Virus record (IMG/VR): IMGVR_UViG_3300029686_000254
Strand: one strand, 5' to 3'
Source: a virus
Taxonomy: Duplodnaviria; Heunggongvirae; Uroviricota; Caudoviricetes
Length of the DNA: 5,537 nucleotides
Within the stretch, counting starts at the first letter, position 1; the number at the start of each line of letters is the position of its first letter. The notes under the pieces are model-generated. The model was given only the letters and a program-made list of their open reading frames with translations, did not search any database and had not been told where the DNA came from. Shown piece by piece: positions 1 to 5,537 of this stretch. The translations under genes and the position numbers were made by a program.

Positions 1-1137
1 GGCCATGATTATTACTTTTATATCCGCAGTGTGAACACCGTTGGCAAATCGGCATTCGTGGAGTCCGTCGGTCGGGCGAGCGATGATGCATCAGGCTATC
101 TGGATTTTTTCAAAGGCGAGATAGGGAAAACCCATCTGGCTCAGGAGCTGTGGACGCAGATTGATAACGGTCAGCTTGCGCCTGACCTGACTGAAATCAG
201 GACGTCCATAACGGATGTCAGCAATGAAATAACACAGACCGTCAATAAGAAACTGGAAGACCAGAGTGCAGCGATCCAGCAGATACAGAAGGTTCAGGTT
301 GATACAAATAATAACCTGAACAGCATGTGGGCAGTGAAGCTGCAGCAGATGCAGGACGGACGCCTTTATATTGCGGGTATCGGTGCCGGTATTGAGAACA
401 CCCCTGACGGCATGCAGAGTCAGGTGCTGCTGGCAGCAGACAGGATTGCGATGATTAATCCTGCGAATGGCAACACAAAGCCGATGTTTGTTGGTCAGGG
501 CGATCAGATATTCATGAATGAAGTGTTCCTGAAACGCCTGACGGCCCCCACCATTACCAGCGGCGGTAATCCTCCGGCATTTTCCCTGACACCGGACGGG
601 CGGCTGACGGCGAAAAATGCAGATATCAGCGGTAACGTGAATGCGAACTCCGGGACGCTCAACAATGTCACGATTAATCAGAACTGCCGGATTCTGGGAA
701 AACTGTCAGCCAACCAGATTGAAGGCGATATTGTTAAAACGGTGGGCAAAGCTTTCCCCCGGGACTCCCGTGCACCGGAGCGGTGGCCATCAGGAACCAT
801 TACCGTCAGGGTTTATGACGATCAGCCGTTTGACCGGCAAATTGTTATCCCGGCGGTGGCATTCAGTGGCGCTAAACATGAGCAAGATCATACTGATATC
901 TACTCCTCATGCCGTCTGATAGTACGAAAAAACGGTGCTGAAATTTATAACCGAACGGCTCTGGATAATACGCTGATATATACGGGTGTTATTGATATGC
1001 CTGCAGGCAGTGGTGTCATGACACTGGAATTTTCTGTATCGGCATGGCTGGTAAATGACTGGTATCCCACAGCAAGTATCAGCGATTTGCTGGTTGTGGT
1101 GATGAAGAAAGCCACCGCAGGCATCAGTATCAGCTGA
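1..1137 (+). CDS. J: Central tail fibre / host specificity protein (lambda gpJ-like), C-terminal part; 5' end lies upstream of the window
   Basis: The reading frame is open from position 1 to the TGA at 1135-1137, so the M at 31 in the ORF track is internal. The translation ([25 protein letters not shown] ... [30 protein letters not shown]) matches my recollection of the C-terminal region of lambda gpJ. Gene order J-lom-stf supports the call. Confidence 0.88.
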   Translation, partial: GHDYYFYIRSVNTVGKSAFVESVGRASDDASGYLDFFKGEIGKTHLAQELWTQIDNGQLAPDLTEIRTSITDVSNEITQTVNKKLEDQSAAIQQIQKVQVDTNNNLNSMWAVKLQQMQDGRLYIAGIGAGIENTPDGMQSQVLLAADRIAMINPANGNTKPMFVGQGDQIFMNEVFLKRLTAPTITSGGNPPAFSLTPDGRLTAKNADISGNVNANSGTLNNVTINQNCRILGKLSANQIEGDIVKTVGKAFPRDSRAPERWPSGTITVRVYDDQPFDRQIVIPAVAFSGAKHEQDHTDIYSSCRLIVRKNGAEIYNRTALDNTLIYTGVIDMPAGSGVMTLEFSVSAWLVNDWYPTASISDLLVVVMKKATAGISIS

Positions 1138-1155
1138 ATTTTATAACCCATATAC

Positions 1156-1180
1156 GGGCGCCAGAAATGGCGCCTTTTTT
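1156..1180 (+). terminator. Rho-independent terminator downstream of J
   Basis: Self-complementary GGCGCC (1157-1162) and GGCGCC (1169-1174) form a 6-bp GC stem around a 6-nt loop AGAAAT, followed directly by TTTTTT (1175-1180). It starts 19 nt after the J stop codon. Confidence 0.75.
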
Positions 1181-1193
1181 ATTGCAGAAAAGC

Positions 1194-1199
1194 GAGAGG
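1194..1199 (+). promoter_or_regulatory. Shine-Dalgarno sequence for lom
   Basis: GAGAGG lies 5 nt upstream of the ATG at 1205. Confidence 0.6.
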
Positions 1200-1204
1200 T
1201 AATT

Positions 1205-1804
1205 ATGCGTAAAGTTTGTGTAGCCATTTTGTCCGCAGCCATCTGTCTGGCCGTATCCGGTGCGCCTGCATGGGCGTCTGAGCAGCCGGCCACACTGAGC
1301 GCAGGGTATCTTCATGCCCGTACGAACGCTCCCGGCAGCGATAATCTGAACGGGATTAACGTGAAATACCGTTATGAGTTTACGGACACGCTGGGGCTGA
1401 TTACGTCATTCAGTTATGCCAACGCTGAAGATGAGCAAAAAACGCATTACAGCGATACCCGCTGGCATGAGGATTCCGTGCGTAACCGCTGGTTCAGTGT
1501 GATGGCGGGGCCGTCTGTGCGCGTGAATGAATGGTTCAGCGCGTATGCGATGGCGGGTATGGCTTACAGCCGTGTTTCGACGTTCTCCGGGGATTATCTC
1601 CGCGTAACTGACAACAAGGGGAAAACGCACGATGTGCTGACCGGAAGTGATGACGATCGCCACAGCAACACGTCTCTGGCGTGGGGAGCTAGCGTGCAGT
1701 TTAACCCGACCGAATCCGTGGCCATTGATATTGCTTATGAAGGCTCCGGCAGTGGCGACTGGCGCACTGACGGTTTCATCGTGGGTGTCGGTTATAAATT
1801 CTGA
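1205..1804 (+). CDS. lom: Lom, outer-membrane beta-barrel protein of the Ail/Lom/OmpX family, with signal peptide
   Basis: 199-aa ORF. The N-terminus MRKVCVAILSAAICLAVSGAPAWA is a typical signal peptide. The C-terminus DIAYEGSGSGDWRTDGFIVGVGYKF matches the lambda Lom C-terminus as I recall it and ends in the terminal aromatic residue typical of OMP barrels. Position immediately after J is as in lambda. Confidence 0.93.
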   Translation: MRKVCVAILSAAICLAVSGAPAWASEQPATLSAGYLHARTNAPGSDNLNGINVKYRYEFTDTLGLITSFSYANAEDEQKTHYSDTRWHEDSVRNRWFSVMAGPSVRVNEWFSAYAMAGMAYSRVSTFSGDYLRVTDNKGKTHDVLTGSDDDRHSNTSLAWGASVQFNPTESVAIDIAYEGSGSGDWRTDGFIVGVGYKF

Positions 1805-1830
1805 TTAGCCAGGTAACACAGTGTTATGAC

Positions 1831-1857
1831 AGCCCGCCGGTTCAGGCGGGCTTTTTT
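1831..1857 (+). terminator. Rho-independent terminator downstream of lom
   Basis: AGCCCGCC (1831-1838) pairs with GGCGGGCT (1845-1852) as a perfect 8-bp stem around the loop GGTTCA, followed by a T6 run (1852-1857). Confidence 0.8.
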
Positions 1858-1868
1858 GTGGAGTGGAT

Positions 1869-4241
1869 ATGGCAGCAGTAAAAATCTCAGGTGTGCTGAA
1901 AGATGGTGCGGGAAAACCAATACAGAACTGCACTATTCAACTGAAGGCAAAGCGTAACAGCACCACGGTACTGGTGAACACGGTGGCCTCTGAAAATCCT
2001 GATGAAGCCGGGCGTTACAGCATGGATGTTGAGTATGGCCAGTACAGCGTCACCCTGCTGGTTGAAGGTTTTCCGCCTTCACATGCCGGGACCATTACCG
2101 TCTATGAAGGTTCCAGACCAGGTACGCTGAATGATTTTCTTGGTGCCATGACGGAGGATGATGCCCGTCCGGAGGCACTGCGCCGTTTTGAACTGATGGT
2201 GGAAGAAGCAGCACGCAACGCTGAAGCCGCCTCTCAGAGCGCAGCGGCGGCAAAGAAATCCGAAACTGCAGCGGCATCATCGAAGAACGCGGCGAAAACC
2301 TCAGAAACGAATGCAGCTAACAGCGCACAGGCGGCAGCGACCTCACAGACTGCATCGGCAAACTCCGCGACAGCAGCCAAAAAATCAGAAACCAACGCGA
2401 AAAACAGCGAGACAGCCGCAAAGACGAGCGAAACCAACGCAAAGTCCAGCCAGACGGCAGCGAAGACCAGCGAAACGAATGCCAAAGCCAGTGAAACTGC
2501 GGCAAAAAACAGCCAGGTTGCAGCAGCCCAAAGCGAGAGCGCGGCAGCCGGTTCTGCGACTTCAGCAGCTGGATCAGCAACTGCTGCGGCTAACAGCCAG
2601 AAAGCTGCGAAGACGAGTGAAACTAACGCAAAGTCCAGCCAGACGGCAGCGAAGACCAGCGAAACGAATGCCAAAGCCAGCGAAACTGCGGCGAAAAACA
2701 GCCAGGATGCAGCAGCCCAAAGCGAGAGTGCCGCAGCTGGTTCTGCAAGTGCGGCGGCTTCTTCTGCCACTGCATCAGCCAACAGTCAAAAAGCAGCAAA
2801 AACCAGTGAAACCAATGCAAAGACAAGCGAGACTGCGGCGACTAACTCGGCGAAAGCATCCGCTGCAAGCCAGATGGCTGCAAAAGCAAGTGAAGACGCA
2901 GCCAGAGAGTATGCAAGCCAGGCAGCAGAGCCGTATAAATATGTCTTACAGCCACTGCCTGATGTGTGGATACCGTTTAATGACTCGATGGATATGATTA
3001 CAGGATTTGGCCCGGGATATAAAAAAATAACAGTGCGCGATGATGTGGTCACTATACCATCCGACAAAATTGTCCCGTTTTCCCGCGCGAGTTCCGCGAC
3101 CTATATCAATAAGTCCGGCGCTCTTACCATTGCAGAAATTAATGAGCCACGTTTTGAAAAAGAAGGGCTGTTAATTGAAGGGCAGAGAACTAACTATCTA
3201 AAAAATTCTAATACACCGGAATTGTGGTACTACCACAGTTTACTGGCGAAAGAGTATGGGGTTGATAATTACGGTTTTAATTATGCAACCGTCACCGTGA
3301 CAGACAGCCTTGTAGGCACAACCAGTAGTTATCAGATTCATAGTGTAACTGGAGAGAACAGGTTTTCTCTGTCCATCGGTGAAACCTGCACTTTTTCTGC
3401 CCGCTTTCGTGGAGTTAATTCACGTTGTCGCGTCCATATATCTCTTGTTATTGGCGAAAATGTTAAAACATCTGTTGATGTATGTCTGGAGCCAGATACA
3501 GGTGAGGTTAAGGCGTACGGTAATAAGGCGCTGGTGACATTCAGAACGGAAAAACAGGGGGACTGGTGTTACTTTGAAACAACATATACCGCCGCAGAGA
3601 ATATTGACGAAGTGGTATGCGGTTTTTTTATAACCAATCCTGAAGATGGTGGTTTTTCTTCTGATTCGTCATTAACAATGACTACGCCGCAAATTGAAAA
3701 AGGGTCATGCGCTTCATCGTTTATTATTTCCGGAAACACACCAACCACGCGCGCCAGTGATATGGTTATTTTTTCAACCAAAAATAACATAAGTTCTGTC
3801 CCTTTAAGCTGTCTTGTTGAAATACATAAAAATTGGGACTCTACGCCAAATCAGGCCCCACGAATTTTAACCACTATTGGCGTGGCGACTAATGATGAAC
3901 AACTGGTATTGGCTTTCAGGACGCCTACAAGTCCGGATGTAGAACCTTTACCTTATGTTCAGTTTGGAGTGAGATCTGCATATCTTAGTCCATCTGTGAA
4001 GGCCGGGCGCAAAATGATTGCTGGTTTTGTCTGTAATAGCTCGACTGAATTTCGTTGCTGTTGTAATGGTTACCTGTCACCTGTTCAGACTTCGTCATGG
4101 AAGAATACCGGAGCTGCACATGAAATACGTATTGGGGGAACTTCTGCTGGAGGAGAACGTCACTTGTTTGGTCACGTTCGTAACCTGAGAATATGGCATA
4201 AAGAATTAACTGATGCGCAAATGGGGGAGAGTATTAAATGA
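1869..4241 (+). CDS. stf: Side tail fibre protein (lambda Stf-like N-terminus, Ala/Ser/Thr-rich repetitive shaft, divergent C-terminal receptor-binding domain)
   Basis: Long ORF ending at TGA 4239-4241. The ORF track starts at GTG 1863, but ATG 1869 is preferred: it gives MAAVKISGVLKDG..., matching the lambda Stf N-terminus (MAVKISGVLKDG...), and GGAG at 1860-1863 sits 5 nt upstream. The first ~110 aa (…RYSMDVEYGQYSVTLLVEGFPPSHAGTITVYEGSRPGTLNDFLGAMTEDDARPEALRRFELMVEEAARNA) are lambda Stf-like. Residues ~120-350 are repetitive AAKTSETNAK-type sequence. The C-terminal ~430 aa are AT-rich and end ...ERHLFGHVRNLRIWHKELTDAQMGESIK, which resembles the end of a concanavalin-A-like/LamG-type jelly-roll domain. 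Confidence 0.9.
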   Translation: MAAVKISGVLKDGAGKPIQNCTIQLKAKRNSTTVLVNTVASENPDEAGRYSMDVEYGQYSVTLLVEGFPPSHAGTITVYEGSRPGTLNDFLGAMTEDDARPEALRRFELMVEEAARNAEAASQSAAAAKKSETAAASSKNAAKTSETNAANSAQAAATSQTASANSATAAKKSETNAKNSETAAKTSETNAKSSQTAAKTSETNAKASETAAKNSQVAAAQSESAAAGSATSAAGSATAAANSQKAAKTSETNAKSSQTAAKTSETNAKASETAAKNSQDAAAQSESAAAGSASAAASSATASANSQKAAKTSETNAKTSETAATNSAKASAASQMAAKASEDAAREYASQAAEPYKYVLQPLPDVWIPFNDSMDMITGFGPGYKKITVRDDVVTIPSDKIVPFSRASSATYINKSGALTIAEINEPRFEKEGLLIEGQRTNYLKNSNTPELWYYHSLLAKEYGVDNYGFNYATVTVTDSLVGTTSSYQIHSVTGENRFSLSIGETCTFSARFRGVNSRCRVHISLVIGENVKTSVDVCLEPDTGEVKAYGNKALVTFRTEKQGDWCYFETTYTAAENIDEVVCGFFITNPEDGGFSSDSSLTMTTPQIEKGSCASSFIISGNTPTTRASDMVIFSTKNNISSVPLSCLVEIHKNWDSTPNQAPRILTTIGVATNDEQLVLAFRTPTSPDVEPLPYVQFGVRSAYLSPSVKAGRKMIAGFVCNSSTEFRCCCNGYLSPVQTSSWKNTGAAHEIRIGGTSAGGERHLFGHVRNLRIWHKELTDAQMGESIK
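2215..2900 (+). repeat. GC-rich low-complexity coding region of stf made of degenerate 42-nt (14-aa) units of the form AAK(T/K/N)SETNAK(S/A/N)S(E/Q)T
   Basis: Repeated peptide units are visible in the translation: AAKKSETNAKNSET, AAKTSETNAKSSQT, AAKTSETNAKASET, AAKTSETNAKTSET. This region explains the spurious overlapping ORFs on both strands. Confidence 0.85.
2421..2798 (+). repeat. Tandem direct duplication, 2 x 189 nt (63 aa), in frame inside stf
   Basis: Copy 1 begins aagacgagcgaaaccaacgcaaagtccagccagacggcagcg... at 2421. Copy 2 begins aagacgagtgaaactaacgcaaagtccagccagacggcagcg... at 2610. The first ~97 nt differ at about 4 positions by eye; the rest of each unit is more diverged. A partial third unit follows at about 2799-2850. 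Confidence 0.85.
4223..4230 (+). promoter_or_regulatory. Shine-Dalgarno sequence for the 93-aa ORF, embedded in the 3' end of stf
   Basis: GGGGGAGA lies 7 nt upstream of ATG 4238. That ATG overlaps the stf stop codon (ATGA at 4238-4241). Confidence 0.55.
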
Positions 4242-4519
4242 AAGATTTAACACTCAAATTTGCAGACAGGGCCGACTTTTCGGCCTTTATGGATAGCACG
4301 GGCTATTATGATGACGAGTCGATGCAGGATGATATTCTTATTGACGTGATAGGTAACGTGTACAAAGAAACCGGAGAACTGACTGAAGATGGCGAACCGG
4401 TATGTGTTAAGGAAGACGGATATTTTGTAAACGTGCGCATCATTAATGATGCAAAAAAATCGTCAATATTCGATGAATACGCGGTTGTTGTTGAACATCA
4501 ACTTCGTGGCTGGATGTGA
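4238..4519 (+). CDS. Hypothetical small acidic protein (93 aa), translationally coupled to stf; possible tail-fibre accessory or chaperone, or anti-defence protein
   Basis: The start codon overlaps the stf stop (ATGA), with an SD-like GGGGGAGA upstream. By my count there are about 21 Asp+Glu against about 9 Lys+Arg, giving a net charge near -12. I recognise no family and it is not Tfa-like. Confidence 0.6.
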   Translation: MKDLTLKFADRADFSAFMDSTGYYDDESMQDDILIDVIGNVYKETGELTEDGEPVCVKEDGYFVNVRIINDAKKSSIFDEYAVVVEHQLRGWM

Positions 4520-4528
4520 GGCAGAAAA

Positions 4529-5233
4529 ATGGCTACATCGACAGTAATTCCTGGAGACATCACCACGCTGAAGGGAGATGTCAGTAAGGCAAAGGAAGAT
4601 ATTTCCTCAATTAACGGTAAAGTATCAACGCTTCAGACTGATATGACCAGTGCAAAGCAGGATATCAGCACCAGATACACAAAAACTGAAGTTGATAATA
4701 AGCTGAAAAACAAAGTGGAAGTGAACGATCTGGAAAGCGGTCGTTATGGCGGAGATTTTTATCCACTGACAGGTCGTGAAGCGTTTTATTTATGGGGATT
4801 GGGCACGACTACAGCGGCGGCAAACCTTTATCTTAATCCTGACCCTGCAATTTCGTCTGTACTGCGGTCAACATCGTCTATCCGCTATAAAGATTCAGTA
4901 GAGACGATAGATTCAGAGCACGCCGATCTCATTTTCAAGCTGCGCCCTGTATGGTACAGATCGCAATGCGAAAATGACAGGCGTGAATGGGGATTCTACG
5001 GATTGATTGCCGAGGAAGTAGGAGAAATTGCTCCTCAGTTTGTACACTGGCGACCAGCTAACGAAGATGATGCTCCTGAAGCTATTTCCAGCAATGGCCT
5101 TGTTGCCGAAGGTGTAATGTACGAACGTCTGGTTGTTCCACTTATTCACCATATCCAGAAACTGACTGAAAGAGTTGATGAACTTGAGTCAGAATTGAAG
5201 TTGTTATCAACTTCCCGAAGCGATATCGGATAA
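4529..5233 (+). CDS. Tail-fibre-like protein with N-terminal fibrous repeat region and C-terminal intramolecular chaperone / autoproteolytic domain (Peptidase S74-like)
   Basis: 234-aa ORF with GAGG 7 nt upstream of the ATG. Residues ~8-70 show roughly 11-residue repeats (GDVSKAKEDIS / SINGKVSTLQT / DMTSAKQDIST), consistent with a coiled-coil or fibre region. Residues 116-121 (SSIRYK) fit the S-D-x-R-x-K serine-lysine dyad motif of the endosialidase/T5 pb1-type chaperone domain. The downstream sequence (LIFKLRPVWYR ... WGFYGLIAEEVGEIAPQFV ... YERLVVPLIHHIQKLTERVDELESELKLL) follows that domain's pattern, including the terminal helix. Confidence 0.8.
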   Translation: MATSTVIPGDITTLKGDVSKAKEDISSINGKVSTLQTDMTSAKQDISTRYTKTEVDNKLKNKVEVNDLESGRYGGDFYPLTGREAFYLWGLGTTTAAANLYLNPDPAISSVLRSTSSIRYKDSVETIDSEHADLIFKLRPVWYRSQCENDRREWGFYGLIAEEVGEIAPQFVHWRPANEDDAPEAISSNGLVAEGVMYERLVVPLIHHIQKLTERVDELESELKLLSTSRSDIG

Positions 5234-5239
5234 AGGAGG
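5234..5239 (+). promoter_or_regulatory. Shine-Dalgarno sequence for the 97-aa membrane protein ORF
   Basis: A perfect AGGAGG lies 4 nt upstream of ATG 5244. Confidence 0.65.
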
Positions 5240-5243
5240 AGTA

Positions 5244-5537
5244 ATGGATATAACACCTTTTCTTCATGCGCTTTGTGCTGTGGCTGCGCAGGTACTGATT
5301 GGTCTTTTTACCGGAAACTGGGTTTACGGGGCGATAGCCGGTTGTACGTTCTTCATTGCGCGTGAACACACCCAGGCAGAATATCGCTGGATTGAAATGT
5401 TCGGGCATGGCAAGCGAATGAATATGCCGTGGTGGGGCGGTTTTGATCCGCGCGCGTGGGATGTGGCAAGCCTGATGGATTTTGCTGTGCCGGTGGTGGC
5501 GTGTCTGCTGGTCTGGCTGTTGGTTAATCGTGGGTGA
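5244..5537 (+). CDS. Hypothetical small membrane protein (97 aa, two predicted transmembrane helices)
   Basis: Strong SD (AGGAGG) and a complete ORF ending at TGA 5535-5537. Hydrophobic segments FLHALCAVAAQVLIGLFTGNWVYGAIAGCTFFIA and ASLMDFAVPVVACLLVWLLV are separated by a charged, Trp-rich loop (EYRWIEMFGHGKRMNMPWWGGFDPRAWD). GC content is higher than in the two upstream ORFs. Family not recognised. Confidence 0.65.
   Translation: MDITPFLHALCAVAAQVLIGLFTGNWVYGAIAGCTFFIAREHTQAEYRWIEMFGHGKRMNMPWWGGFDPRAWDVASLMDFAVPVVACLLVWLLVNRG

Noticed and set aside
641-919. 92-aa + strand ORF in an alternate frame inside J
   Set aside because: It lies entirely within the well-supported J reading frame, has no RBS, and its Arg/Ser/Pro-rich composition is typical of an out-of-frame read through a coding region.
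1138-1204. Possible sigma70 promoter for lom in the J-lom gap (for example TTGCAG near 1182 or TATAAC near 1142)
   Set aside because: No -35/-10 pair with proper spacing could be assembled. The candidate -10 near 1142 would start a transcript just upstream of the terminator hairpin. Not supportable from sequence alone.
945-1315. Reverse-strand ORFs 945-1151 and 1130-1315
   Set aside because: They are antisense to the J 3' end, the terminator and the lom start, and have no independent signals. They are shadow ORFs.
1406-1663. 85-aa reverse-strand ORF inside lom
   Set aside because: Antisense to the confidently identified lom CDS, His/Arg-rich and without signals. Artefact.
2215-2900. Tandem repeats as a possible CRISPR array or diversity-generating retroelement target
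   Set aside because: The repeats are in-frame coding units without unique spacers, and no cas or reverse-transcriptase gene is present in the window. They are structural protein repeats.
2311-2997. 228-aa + strand ORF in an alternate frame, extremely basic (RRQRRPAKRMPKP repeats)
   Set aside because: It is a frame-shifted reading of the stf repeat region and repeats with the same 189-nt period. Stf is intact in a single frame here, so there is no lambda-PaPa-like frameshift and no need to invoke a second frame.
2095-3067. Five reverse-strand ORFs (2095-2280, 2234-2782, 2317-2580, 2623-2826, 2786-3067) encoding very hydrophobic or Ala/Leu/Phe-rich peptides
   Set aside because: They are mirror images of the GC-rich Ala/Ser/Thr codon repeats of the stf shaft (GCx/TCx/ACx read in reverse give Ala, Leu, Phe, Val and Trp) and repeat with the same periodicity. 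No start signals.
3569-3790. 73-aa reverse-strand ORF within the stf C-terminal domain
   Set aside because: Antisense to a long, well-supported ORF and without RBS. Open frames on the reverse strand arise easily in AT-rich sequence.
4238-5233. The 93-aa and 234-aa ORFs as two halves of a frameshifted tfa or single fibre gene
   Set aside because: They are separated by an in-frame stop plus a 9-nt spacer with its own SD, and neither resembles lambda Tfa. The S74 domain is complete. The fibre-remnant possibility is kept as an alternative in the findings, but a simple frameshift pseudogene is not supported.
4913-5408. Reverse-strand ORFs 4913-5152 and 5142-5408
   Set aside because: Antisense to the S74-domain ORF and the membrane-protein ORF, both of which have strong SD sequences and coherent domain content. 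Shadow ORFs.

Overview
This window looks like the distal tail-fibre region of a lambda-like (lambdoid) prophage or phage from an enterobacterial host, with all genes on the + strand. It contains the 3' end of the J-type central tail fibre gene (1-1137), then the lom outer-membrane gene (1205-1804) bracketed by two clear intrinsic terminators, then a 791-aa side tail fibre gene stf (1869-4241). The stf gene is mosaic: a lambda-like N-terminus, a GC-rich Ala/Ser/Thr-rich shaft with a 189-nt tandem duplication, and an AT-rich C-terminal domain that appears foreign. No canonical tfa chaperone follows stf. Instead there are three tightly packed small genes: a translationally coupled, strongly acidic 93-aa protein (4238-4519), a 234-aa protein with an N-terminal fibrous repeat region and a C-terminal autoproteolytic chaperone-like domain of the phage fibre Peptidase S74 type (4529-5233), and a 97-aa predicted two-helix membrane protein (5244-5537). 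This three-gene cassette at the tail/b-region junction is the most likely place for something undescribed. All identifications rest on reading the translations and on recalled lambda J, Lom and Stf sequences and the S74 motif; no database search was possible. No RNA genes, CRISPR arrays or integrase/transposase genes are visible.
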